Shown: in pieces, positions 36,945 to 49,606 of the stretch
Numbering within the stretch: the first letter of the stretch is position 1
Layout: each line of letters opens with the position of its first letter
Origin: Chiloscyllium plagiosum
Taxonomy: Eukaryota
Length of the DNA stretch: 64,000 bases
Direction of reading: 5' to 3'
Assembly: GCF_004010195.1 (NCBI RefSeq)
Contig: NC_057758.1
Location: 1,508,927 to 1,572,926 of the forward strand
The notes under the pieces: generated by a model
Told to the model about the DNA's origin: nothing
Seen by the model: the letters and a program-made list of their open reading frames with translations, nothing else
Database searches by the model: none
Program-made: the position numbers and the translations under genes

Positions 36945-39900
36945 ACGTGAGGACCAGCACCTGCAAGTTCCCTTCCAAGACATTCACCATCTTGACTGGG
37001 GAATATTTTGGATCAAAACCTTGGATTTCACTCTTTAACAACACTAGGTCTACCTACTGCAGTGCATTAGGCCCTTCTCACGGGGCAATTATCAAACGAT
37101 AATAAATGCTGGGCCCAGCAGTTAATAAAACTAAATAAACATGCACACATCGGTCACAGAAAGACACACTCTGATGGGTAGCGTATGAGGAAGCAATGTA
37201 GGCGAAGGAGAGGCAGAAACATGAGGAAGGAGAGGCAGAAACATAGAATTATAGAGTCCTGCAGCAATGTAGGCGAAAGTGAGAACTGCAGTTGTTGGAG
37301 ATTTCAGTCAAGATTGGAGTGGTTATGGAAAAGCACAGCAGGTCAGGCAGCATTCAAGGAGCAGGAAAATCGACGTTTCGGGCAGGAGCTCGACTTTCCT
37401 GCTTCTTGGAAGCTGACTGACCTGCTGTGCGTTACCAGCACGACTCTAATCTTGAATCCTACAGCAATATGTCCATCCATATTAATATCATTTCCTAGCA
37501 CTTGGCCAGTACATCTCTAATCGCTTCTTATCCATGCATTTGTTCAAATGCTTTTTCAACCATTCTTTATGTCCCCGCCTCAACATTTTCGCGGGCAGCT
37601 CAGTTCATATGTTTACCGCCCTCTATGCCCCTCAGTTCCCCTTTTATTTATTACCTTCTAACTGTCAAATGCTGCTGCCTTGCACCCTATCCATTACTCT
37701 CATGCTTATACACATCGAACAGATCCTCCCTCAGTTTCTTACGCACTAAAGAACAAAGAGTGAGCTTGTCTAACCTCTCCCCCTAATTCAGATCCTGTAG
37801 ACCTGGGAACATCCTTATAAATTTCTTCTGCAATCTTTCTAGTTTCACAACCCCCTTCCGAAAGCAAGCTGAACAAAATTGAAAACAAAGTTCAAGTGCA
37901 GCCTCACAAACATAGAGGAAAACGACAACATACCAACTTCTATGTTCAATGCCCTGACTGATAACGGCCAGTGTGCCAAAGGACGTCTTCATTGTTTTGA
38001 CTACTTAACTCAAACTCGAAACCTAACCTTATCCCTAACCATAATCCGAACACAAACTCTAACTCTAAACCTAACCCTTTCCACTTGCTGAAAACTTTGA
38101 ACCCGAATTCCAAGATCTCTCTCTTCCACTACAGTCCTTAAGTCCTCATTCTCCATGGAACTGCTTCATTGATTTGGCTTTCCAAAATGCAAGACCTCAT
38201 ACTTATGTACATTAAACATAATTTGCATTTCTCCACCCTTTTGCCCAGCTCATTAGATTCTTGCTGAAATTTCCAAAAACCATTCTCACGGGCCATGACA
38301 CCTACTATTTTTGAGTTATCAATACTCTTGTTTATCATGCATTGAACGTTAAAATCCAAATCGTTGATGCAGACAACAAAGAGTAGTGAGATTGCGCCTC
38401 TCATGCACTTTCGATACCGAGTCTGTCTCTCTGTGTATTCTGTTTCCTCCTGTTTTTCTCAGTACTCTCCCTCTCAACTTCTCACCCAATATTTAGTATC
38501 TCTTTCTCTATTTGCTGTGCTCCTCGATTTAACTAGTTGTGTCTCTGCCTCCCTCCCTCTTCTGCTCCATTTTCCAATCATGGTTCATTGGTGTGTGTTT
38601 ATGAGTATGCATTTCTCTCTGGGAGAGTGAGTGCGTGCATGTTTGGTTTCTAATCCACCATCTACACAAAATGTTTCGCAATATGTAATGGACTGTACAC
38701 ATGATACAAAACACTGAATAATCAAGAGCTTTGCATTGGCCCTGTAAACTGACAGTGAGCTCTTGCCTCATATTCAGTGCCAGCTCATTCTTTGCAACTT
38801 CACTGAAGGTTGACAGACAGGATGGTGACTGGCGACAGAACAGTTTTACGTGAACCAAAGCGAGCAAAGACTTGACATGAGAAGCTTGAGCTGAAAAACT
38901 GGTCGGGAACATTCGTGTCACACAAATACCCGACAATGACCACATCCAAAAAGAGACAATACAAGCATTACCTTGTGACATTCCATGCTATTACTGCTAG
39001 TGAACCCTCCCTACTGTCAACATCGTGAAATTACCATTAAGAAGGAAAATAATCCTCACACTTTTGTGTGTAATTGCATTACCATCATTGAATTCTTACA
39101 TTATTAACATATTATGGAGGGTCTCTATCCTTCTTCCCTTGATGCTCAATAGTTTTACCAACATTCAATTTCCTCACTATGAACGTGAGAATTAAGCTTG
39201 ACCAGAAACGTAACTAGATTCACCAAATCAGTATCGTAGCCATAAGGACATGTCAGAGGATGGGTATCCTGCAGTATAGAACTCAAATTCTGTCTCCCGC
39301 CAAAGCCTATCCATCATGGGCAAAACTCAATTCAGGGAATATGTCTCACTTGCCTGGTTGGATGCAGCTCCAACAACACTCGAGAAACTCAACACCATAC
39401 ACCGAAAGCAGCAAACCTGGTTGACACCACAACCACAAGTATCGTTGAAAACGGGTTTCCTGTTCAGAGACAAACAAAAAAAAAAGAAATTGCTGAAAGA
39501 CGCTCGACAGCTCAGGCACCAGATAAATTAGAGGGAATGTTTCGCATCCACATCTACAGGCATTCACTCCTTCCCTCATCTGAAGATGCACTGCAGAACT
39601 CCACCAAATACACTTCAAGTGCATTTTGCAAAACACACAAACAATTATAAAGACAACGAAAGTAGATACAAGGGAGAACCAGCACCTGCAAGTTACCCTC
39701 CAAGACATTCACCATCTTGACTTGGGAATATTTTGCGTCAAAATCTCGGATTTCACTCCATAACAACACGAGGTCTACCTACTGCAGTGACTTTTCACGG
39801 GGAAATTATGAATCGAAAATAAATGCTAGGTCCAGGAGTTAATAAAACTAAACAAACACGCACACATCGGCCAAATGTATTGAAATTTTGAGGGATAGCC

Positions 39901-42900
39901 TATGAGGAAGTTGGGCAAAGAGAGACAGAAACACAGAATCATAGAGTCCTGCAGCAATGTAGGCGAAAGTGAGGAATGCAGATGTTGGAGATTAGTGTCA
40001 GATTGGAGTGGTGCTGGAAAAGCACATCAAGTCAGGCAGCATTCAAGGAGCAGGAAAATCGACGTTTCGGGCAGGAGCTCGGCTTTCCTGCTTCTTGGAA
40101 GCTGACTGACCTGCTGTGCATTACCAGCACCACTATAATCTTGAATCCTACAGCAATATGTCCATCCATATTAACATCATTTCCTAGCAATTGACCAGTA
40201 CATCTCTAATCGATCCTTGTATTTGTTCAAATGCTTTCTAAACGTTTTTAATGTCCCCGTCTCAACATCTTCGCTGGCATATGTTTACCGCCCTGTATGC
40301 ACCTCAGATCCCCTTTTATTCTTTCCCCTCTAACTGTCAAATGATGCTGTCTTGCACTCGATCCACTACACTCATGATTATACACATCTAACATATCCTC
40401 CCTCAATTATTTGCGCACTAAAGAACAAAGAGTGAGCTTGTCTAACCTCTCCCCCTAACTCAGATCCTGGAGACCTGGGAACATCCTTGTAAATTTCTTC
40501 TGCAATCTTTCTAGTTTCACAACCCCCTTCCGAAAGCAAGCTGAACGAATTTGAAAACGAAGTTCAAGTGCAGCATCACAAACAATGAGGAGAACTGCAA
40601 CATACCAAATTCCATATTCAGTGCCCTGACTGATAAAAGTCAATGTGCCAAAAGACGTCTTCTCTGCCTTGATTACCTAACTCTAACTCTAAACCTAACC
40701 CTATACCTAACCATAATCCGAACCATGACGCTAACCCTAACCTTTCAATCTTTCAGAAAGCTGTGAACCCGAATTCAAAGATCTCTCTCTTCCACTACAC
40801 TGCTTAAGGTCATTTAATTCTCCATGGAACTCCTTCATTGATTTGACTTTTCAAAATGCAAGACCTCACACTTATCTATATTAAATATAATCTGCCATTT
40901 CTCAGCCCCTTTGCCCAGCTCATCAAGTTCTTGCTGAAGTTTCCAATAATCTTCCTCACTATTTTAGTGTTATCAGCATTCGTGTTTATCATGCATTGTA
41001 CGTTAACATCCAAATCCTTGATATAGATAACAAACAGTGATGAGGCTGCCCCTCTCATACAGCTCTCTCGATACTGATTCTGTCTTTCTTTGTATTCTGT
41101 TTCCTCCCGTCTTTCTCAGTACTCTCCCTCTTCACTTCTCACCCAATATTTCGTATCTCTTTCTCTATTTGCTGTGCTCCTCGAAAAACTAGTGTCTCTG
41201 CCTTCCTTCCTCTTCTGCTCCATCTTCCAATCATGGTTCGTCGGTGTGTGTTTATGAGTATTAATGTCTTTCTGAAAGAATGAGTGCGTGCATGTTTGGT
41301 TTACTCTTCCTCAATCTACACAAAATGTTTAACAATATGTAATGGACTATACACATGATACAGAACACTGAATAATCACGAGCTTATGCATTGGCCCCGT
41401 AAACTGACAGTGAGCTCTTGCCTCATATTCAGCGCCAGCTCATTCTTTGCAACGTCACTGAAGGGTGACAGACAGGGTGGTGACTGGCGACAGAACAGTT
41501 TTGCTTTAGAGGTGAATATTTAACCAAACCAAGCAAAGACTTGACATGAGAAGCTTGTGCTGAAACCTAGCAGGGAACATCCGTGTCACATAAATACCAA
41601 GCAATGACCATCTCCAATAAGGGATAACACAAGCACTACCTTGTGACAATCCATAGCATTACTACTATTGAATCCCCAACTACTAACTTCCTGCAATTAC
41701 CATTAAGAAGGAATATAATACATACCCCTTTGCATGTAACTTCATTACCATCATTGAATTCCTTCATTATTAACATCTTAAGGATTAGTATTGAGAGGAC
41801 ATCTAACCGTCTGCTTTACCAACATTCAATTTCCTCACTATGAACATGAGAGTTAAACTTGACGAGAAACATAACTAGATTCACCAAATCAGTCCGTAGC
41901 CACAAGGGCATGACAGAGGCTGGGAATCCTGCAGTATATAGAACTCCATGTCTGACTCCTGCCAAAGCCGGGACTCAATTCAGGGAATACTTCTTACTTG
42001 CCTGGATGGATGCCGCTCCAACAACACTCGAGAAGCTCGACACTATCCACCAAAAGTAGCCAACCTAATTGACACCACAACCACAAATATCCTTGAAAAT
42101 GGATTTCCTGTTCAGAAACAAAAAAAAAATAAAACGAGAATTTGCTGAAAGAAGCTCGACAGCTCAGGCACCAGATATGAAGATAAAACAGAGGGAATGT
42201 TTCGCACCCACATCTACATGCATACACTCCTTCGCCCATAGGAAGATGCACTGTATCACTTCAGTAAATATACTTTGACTGAATTTTGCAAAACCCACAA
42301 ACAATTATAAAGACAACGAAAGTTGATACACGTGAGGACCAGCACCTTCATGTTCCCTTCCAAGACATTCACCATCTTGCCAGGGGAATATTTTGGGTCA
42401 AAACATTGGATTTCACTCTTTAACAACACTACGTCTATCCACTGCAGTGCCTTAGGTCCTTCTCACGGGGCATTTATCAATCGAAAATAATTGCTGGGCC
42501 CAGCAGTTAATAAAACTAAATAAACATGCACACATCCGTCGCAGAGAGACATATTTTGATGGGTAGTGTATGAGGAAGTTGGGGAAGGAGAGGCAGAAAC
42601 ATAGAATTATCGAGTGCTGCAGCAATGTAGGTGAAATTGAGAACTGCAGATGTTGGAGATTTGAGTCAAGATTGGAGTGGTGCTGGAAAAGCACAGCAGG
42701 TGAGGCAGCATTCAAGGAGCAGGAAAATCGACGTTTCGGGCAGGAGCTCGACTTTCCTGCTTCTTGGAATCTGACTGACCTGCTGTGCGTTGCCATCACG
42801 ACTCTAATCTTGAAACCTACAGCAATATGTCCATCCACATTAATATCATTTCCTAGCACATGGCCTGTGCATTACTAATCACTTCTAATCCATGCATTTT

Positions 42901-43085
42901 TTCGAATGCTTTTTCAACCATTCTGTATGTCCCCGCCTCAACATCTTCGCGGGCAGCTCAGTTCATATGTGTACCGCCCTCTATGCCCCTCAGTTCCCCT
43001 TTTATTTATTACCCTCTAACTGTCAAATGATGCTGTCTTGCACCCTATCCATTACTCTCATGCTTATACACATCTACAAGATCCT

Positions 43086-43210
43086 CCTGAAGAAGGACTT
43101 ATGCCCGAAACGTCGATTCTCCTGTTCCCTGGATGCTGCCTGACCTGCTGCGCTTTTCCAGCAACACATTTTCAGCTCTGATCTCCAGCATCTGCAGACC
43201 TCACTTTTTC
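43086..43210 (+). mobile_element. 125-bp Penelope-type tail element with hammerhead core, inserted in unit 8
   Basis: Perfect 12-bp TSD ctacaagatcct (43074-43085 / 43211-43222). The element begins at c-CTGAAGA-A-GGAC-ttat-GCCC-GAAA-CGTC. Confidence 0.88.
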
Positions 43211-43734
43211 CTACAAGATCCTTCCTCAGTTTCTTACGCACCAAAAAATAAAGAGCGAGCTTGGCTAACCTCTTCCCTCTTCCCTGGAGTCCTGGGAACA
43301 TCCTTGTAAATTTCTTCTGCAATCTTTCTAGTTTCACAACCCCCTTCCGATTGCAAGCTGAACAAAATTGAAGACAAACTTCAAGTGCAGCCTCACAAAC
43401 ATAGAGAAAAACTACAACATACCAACTTCCACATTCAATGTCCTGACTGATAAAGGCCAGTGTGCCAAAGAACGTCTTCGCTGCCGTGACTACCTAACTC
43501 TAACTCTAACCCTCACCCTATCCCTAACCATAACCCGAACCATAACCCTAACCCTAACCCTTTCCACTTGCAGAAAACTTTGAATCGGAATTCCAAGATC
43601 TCTCTCTTCCACTACACTCCTGAAGGTCATATTATTCTCCATGGCACTCCTTTATTGATTTGTCTTTCCAAAATGCAAGACCTCTCACATATCTACATTA
43701 AACATAATTTGCCATTTCTCAGCCCCTTTGCTTA

Positions 43735-46700
43735 GCTCAATTTTTGACAACCTTCCACACTGTCCAACATACCTCCTGTATTAGCGTCATTTGTACAAAT
43801 CATACCTTGGACATTCTCATCCAAATCACTGATATAGATAACAAACTGTAATGGGCCTAGAACAGTCCAACGAGGCACTTCATTAATCACAGGCCTCCAG
43901 TCCTTCAAATATCCTTTCACTGTTACTCTGTGCTTCCTACCATGAAGGCAACTTTTAATTGAATTTGCCAACAGGATTCCTGAAGAAGGGCTCATGCCCG
44001 AAACGTCGATTCTCCTGCTCCTTGGATGTTGCCTGACCTGCTGCTCTTTTCCAGCAACACATTTTCAGCTCTGGATTCTATTGAGCTAACCTTCAAGAGC
44101 CGTCAACTATGTCGTAAAGTCCTGAGCTGCTGTGCTTTACCAGCACCACACTCTCGACTCTGATCTCCAGTATCTGAAGTCCTCACTTTGTCTAACGCCC
44201 TGCCCTCATCAAATTTCCTGGTCACTTAATAAAATAACTCTAACAGATGTTTGAGGCATAATCTTCCACTCATAAGGACATGCTGACTACTCTTAACCAA
44301 ACCCTATCTTTCGAAGTGCATGTGTACCTGATCCCTTAGAGTCTACTCAAGTAGTTTACCCAGCACAGATGTTAATCGTACTGGTCTATAGTTCCCAGGA
44401 TTATCTCTGCTGCCTTTCTGAAATAATGCCACAATACTTGCTACCTTTCAGCTTTCTGGGTCCTGTTCTGTGGCTAACGATGATACAAAACTATCAGCCA
44501 GAGCCCTGACAATTTCTTCTCTGGTCTATCAAAGTGCTCAACGATATACTTGGTCAGAATCAGGAGATTTGTCCGCCTTCATACATTCTAATACACCCAA
44601 CACCTCCTTTGCTGGAATACACCCAAGACCCCAAGATATGACGACTAACGTCTCCAAGTTCCCAAGTCTTCATGCCTTTCTCCAGGGGAAATGCCGAAGC
44701 GAAATGTTCATTGAGAACTTTGCTCATTCCCTACAGTTCTACACATACATGTCTACTTTGTTCCTTGAGGGGTCCTCTTCTCTCGCTTGTTATTATTTTT
44801 TCCTTTAATGTACTTAAAGTACCTCTTTGAATTCATCCTCATCTTCTCAGCCAATGCTATCTCGTGCCCCTTTTTCGTCTTCCGGATTTCCTTCTACAGT
44901 AAACTTCTGTACTCGTTGTATAGCTTCAGATATCCCCTTGATCCCAGATACTTGTACTTGAGCTTGTACATCCTACTTTTTTTTCCTGGACAAAAGCTCA
45001 ATATCTCTTGTCATCCCAAGTTCCCAATTCCTGCCAAAATTGTCCTCACAAGAACGTTTAGACATTGAATTCCAATGATTTCACTTTTAAATGGTCCACA
45101 CTTCCTGGACGTCGTTTTGCCTGCAAACGAACTGTTGCAATCAATTCCTGCAAGCTCCTGTCTAATTGCACTAAAATTCGCCTTGAACCAACTTATAACT
45201 TGTGGTTCAGTTTTGTCCCTCTGCATAACTATTTTAAAATTAATAAAACTGTGATCACTGGTTAAAAAAAATGCTTCCCCACTCTCACCTCCGTCACGTG
45301 TCCTGTTGTATTTCTCAAGTGTAGGTGGAGTTTGGCCTTTTCTCGATCAAGACCCTATATATTGCTTGATGAAATGTTCCTGAACACACTTAACAGATTC
45401 TATCCCATCTTAGCCCTTACCTCTCTGGCAGCTCCATTTTATGTTAGGAAAATTAAAGTCCTCTACTATGACAAGTGTATTGCTCCTGCAAGTCTCTGCA
45501 TTCTCCTTTCATATTTGTTCCTCTAATTCCTGTTGACTATTTTTGGGGGCCTGTAGCACAACCCTAATAATGTCACCATCCCAGACGTATTTCTTAGCTC
45601 CACCAACAACACTCCACTGGATGATCCTTCGGTTATTTCATCTCTAATCACTGCTGTGATACTCGCCTTAATCAAAAGGTTCAATTCTTTCCGAAGTTTG
45701 ATGGAATTAGACAGTAGCTTGCAGGGATTGATTGGAGCAGTGCGTTTGCAGGCAAAAGGGACGTCTGGCAAGTTCGAGCCATTTAAAAGTGAGACAACTA
45801 GAGTTCAAGATCTAAATGTTCCTGTGAGGATGAAGGGCAAGTTTGGCAGGAACAGGGAACTCTAGATGACAAGAGATATTGAGGCTTTGACCAGAAAAAA
45901 GGAGGATGCATGGTTCAGGTACAGGTATTGGGATCAAGGGGATCTCTGAGGGTATATAGCGAATACAGAATTCCCCCTCCCCTCCTTCCAACTCCTCCTT
46001 CCCTCCTAAAGTACCTGTATCCTCGAACATTAAGCTGCCAGTCCTACTCTTCCCTTAGCCATGTTTCTGTAATGGGTATAATATCCTATTTCCACGAACA
46101 TATCCACTCCTTGAGTCATTAAACTTACCTGTCAACCCTTTTGCATTAAAATAAATGCAATTTAATTCAACAGGAATTTCTTGCTCCCTGTCGGGTTCCA
46201 GCGTGACGTGATTCTTCAACTTACTATTTCTGAATGCCGTATCTCATTGGGGCCTCGCACTTACCTCACTGCTGTTGTGGATCCCACCCACTGCCAATTG
46301 AGTTTAAACCATTCCTTGCAGCACTAGCAAACCTGGCCGCCTACGTATTGATCTCCCTCCAGTTCAGCTGCAACCCGTCCCTCTTGAACAGGTCACCTGT
46401 GCCCCAGAAAACATTCCAATGACGAAAAATCTGAATCCCTGCCCCCTGCACCAATACTTTGGCCAATCATTCACCTGGCACATCCTACTGTTCTTTTACC
46501 TTCACTAACATCTGGCACTGGAATTAATCCAGACATTAACACCAAGGTTGTTACGATTTTGTCCTGGCTCTCTATGATCACTCTGGAGTGTCTCATCCCT
46601 ATTTCTATTTGTATCATTTATGCCAACTTGCACAATGATTTTTTTCTTGCTCCCCCTCCTTGAGAACCTTTTGCAGCCGCTCCGAGACACCTTGGACCCT

Positions 46701-46870
46701 GGAGCCTTTGAAGCTACAAACCATCCTTTTGCGGCCACAGAATTTCCTACCTGTCCCCCATACCTATCGAGTCTCCTATCACTAATGTTCTGTTTGCCTT
46801 TACCCTTTCTCGTTGTATCCCTGTACCAGTAATATTGCCAGCAATCTGGCTACTGCTGCTTACAACTCGT
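43735..46870 (-). mobile_element. Degraded long CR1 LINE (RT back to ORF1), with an inverted internal piece at about 45690-45965
   Basis: EVPRWTVLGPLQFVIYISDLD (43732-43995), KANFSAIRQEL (45011-45226), VTLLGLCYRPP (45523-45771) and the ORF1 motif VQVGIND (46505-46738). Confidence 0.8.
43974..44013 (+). ncRNA. Minimal type I hammerhead ribozyme motif (Penelope-type tail, element about 43974-44072)
   Basis: ggattc-CTGAAGA(43980-43986)-A-GGGC-tcat-GCCC-GAAA-CGTC(44007)-gattct. All core boxes are intact, with a 4-bp stem II, palindromic ACGT helix III, a GUC triplet and an imperfect stem I. Activity is not demonstrated. Confidence 0.65.
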
Positions 46871-47571
46871 GAAACCGCAAAAGGCAGGAGGGTAAAGGAA
46901 AAGACATAGTATCGAAAAACAGAGAGAGAGAGTGTTCAGACGGTGAAAGAAGGAAAGAGGGAGTGAAGTTCAGGGAGAGGGATCTGATTATAGATACAGA
47001 TGGCTATGGAGGTACATAGAGGTAGGTCAGGAGAGAAAGAGAGAAACAAACAGATGAAGAAGGAACGAATGAAGGAGATCAGGAGAAAGCAGAAAACCAA
47101 GAGCAGGGACATGAAGGGTGAAAGGGAAACTTTCTTTCTGAACCTTGAGACAACAATGAATTACCGGTGAGGCATGAAACTGTTAGTAGGATGGAAGAGA
47201 TGGATGTACAGCAAAATCCCACATATCAATACGTCATGATGGTCATGATTATATTTTTTGTTTCACTGTTGCCGTTCTGTGTGCAAATCTTAAACTATGG
47301 TTAAGTGAAGCGTTGACAATTAGCAAAGACACCAGATCTAACATGGTTGATACAACTTTAGTGTTCACGATGAGCACTGCCTCCTTCAGTCCACTCTGAG
47401 AACATGGATTGAGCTCTGGCTGCCATTCTCTGCAAGTGGCATCTGGTGTCATATTGTCTCCCAATGATTCCTTCCTCAATCCAACAGCACAAATCAATGT
47501 GAGGGTTTGAAGCAAATGTGCCATTGTTGAATTCAGAGAGATTGGCCAAAACACACAAAGGTTGTGCGAAC

Positions 47572-48260
47572 CCACATAGAAAGAATGGATGCTGTCATGA
47601 AGATAAGGGGTACTGTACATTTAAGACAGTGGAAAAGCTAGTAAGGACTTGGATTGGCACAGAGAGTCCAGAACAAGGTAACAATGTAACGCTTGGCCAG
47701 AACAGCTAGCACTGGCAGGATTGCTATGAGACAAAAGACAAATTCAAATGCAAATTCGGCCAATCAGTTTAAATTATACCCCCAAAAAACAAACTCCAAC
47801 CAAGTTTGAATTCAGTATTTTGACAATATTAAGACGAAAGAAATGATCCAATGCTTTGGCGTATAAGACCAGGGAAAGTTGAACAGTTGCTGGATAAGTC
47901 CCAAGCCACCAACATGTGCAGACTGCCCGCAGAACAACTGTCTTAAAGGTACCTTTATCTATCAATGTCCTGTGAAACAGAAATCCATAAAAAGAAGGGA
48001 AAAATGACAGAGGAAGATTACTTGAGAAGATTCAAAAGCTGGCTGGATTGCAATTTGAATTTATTCATAAATCTTAATTGGTGATTTTATTGGACTTGTA
48101 TTACTGAAGGGAAAGTAAACGACAGTTTGGAGAAAGGAGTTGTAAGTAGTTGTCCGTTAATATTTTATATTAGACTTAAAGAAAAAAATTCTTAAATGTT
48201 TTGTGCATTAAATAGTGACTTTTGGGATAGCTCTTTGCCTCTCGAACTTTAACAGATAGT
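47572..48260 (+). repeat. Dispersed repeat, possibly a solo-LTR-like remnant; related to 1-600
   Basis: Starts near tgtcatg, has a TATA-like gtataa at about 47861 and shares collinear motifs with 1-600. Confidence 0.3.
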
Positions 48261-48411
48261 ATGGAAAATAAAGAACATGAAAGCATGGGAAGGGTTAAAG
48301 CATGAAGACCACTGGCAATCTGTGGAAGGCAAGATGGGATAAGAATAGTGAAATGTTCTTACACCAATAAGCAGAGTAAGGTTATGGCTGAAAGGTTACT
48401 CTGACGAGATG

Positions 48412-48703
48412 AGATTACTTACAGTTTGGAAACAGGCCCTTCGGCCCAACAAGTCCACACTGACCCGCCGAAGCGCAACCCACACAGACCCATTTCCCTA
48501 CATTTACCCCTTCACCTAATACTACGGGCAATTTAGCATGGCCAATTCACCTAACCTGCACATTTTTAGATTGTGGGAGGAAACCGGAACACCCGGAGGA
48601 AACCCACGCAAACTCCGCGCAGAGAGTCCCCGAGGAAGGAATTGAACCTGGGTCTCTGGTGCTGTGAGGCAACAGTGCGAGCCACTGAGCCATCGTGCCG
48701 CCC
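48412..48703 (-). mobile_element. V-SINE (HE1-like), slightly diverged
   Basis: Reverse complement of the SINE consensus with an internal deletion. Confidence 0.9.
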
Positions 48704-49295
48704 AGAGCGCAAGCAAAAAGCAAGTTTCTCTGTTAAGTGATATTATGACAGGATTGGGACAATAAATATCTAATTAATAGTTACTAGAGGCAGCTTGAGA
48801 CAGGAGACTATTGTAATAGATGAAATAGTTAAATATCTCTCATGACAGGTTAGTCTGGAATTGAAGATCACTGTAGCAGAGTTAGCAATAAATATCTAAC
48901 CATGACATTAGAATAACATTAAGTAGAATGTACAACTAAAGAGATAATGGGAACTAATATCACTGGTTTATTGTGTAGCTAGAGTGGGGTACTTTGATTA
49001 ATAGTTGGACATGCTGATAAGCTAATAGAAACATGATAAAAATAATATAAAAATCCACGAGCCCTGCGGCTTGTGGGCATTCGAGAATCAGCTTTCTCAC
49101 TGTCACGGTTGTTTGTTTGCAAATAACAGACCTACTTCTTGAAGAACTCTCTGCGTCTCCTGGTGATACTCTATATTTTCTCCACAACAATAGCAGCACG
49201 GGTTAAATTGTTTCTGCGTGGCAGGTTTAAATTTGTGGGGGGGAGAGTTTACTGCTTGCTGTAAGAGCTTGGGGGTTCATTCGGGATGGCCTTTT

Positions 49296-49606
49296 GGGTG
49301 GCACGGTGGCACACTGGTTAGCACTGCTGCCTCACAGCGCCAGAGACCTGGGTTCAATTCCCGCCTCAGGCGACTGACTGTGTGGAGTTTGCACATTCTC
49401 CCCGTGTTTGCGTGGGTTTCCTCCGGGTGCTCCGGTTTCCTCCCACAGTCCAAAGATGTGCAGGTCAGGTGAATTGGCCATGCTAAATTGTCCGTAGTGT
49501 TAGGTAAGGGGTAAATGTAGGGGTATGGGTGGTTTGCACTTCGGCGGGTCGGTGTGGACTTGTTGGGCCGAAGGGCCTGTTTCCACACTGTAAAGTAATC
49601 TAATCT
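49296..49606 (+). mobile_element. V-SINE (HE1-like), full length
   Basis: Near-identical to 19218-19552; short taatctaatct tail. Confidence 0.93.

Larger units (their letters stand above)
20045..43735 (+). repeat. Macrosatellite / tandem segmental duplication: eight ~2.7 kb units
   Basis: The landmark actag(ttg)tgtctctgcc recurs at about 20170, 22850, 25597, 28598, 31973, 34643, 38526 and 41182. Unit starts are at about 20045, 22721, 25470, 28465, 31842, 34513, 38398 and 41052. Longer spacings are explained by unit-specific insertions or duplications. Confidence 0.95.

Noticed and set aside
20180..43583. Recurrent 60-150 aa ORFs in each macrosatellite unit as a tandem gene family
   Set aside because: They map to LINE, Penelope or telomeric pieces or their antisense strands, and their starts, stops and frames differ between units.
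46880..47130. Purine-rich tract as an inverted copy of the unit's pyrimidine-rich segment
   Set aside because: The similarity is compositional only; I could not find an alignable match by eye.
47249..47620. 123-aa ORF with faint FN3/WSxWS-like (MFSEWT) and GLSSGCH words
   Set aside because: Only isolated short matches in different frames and strands, with no supporting splice structure.
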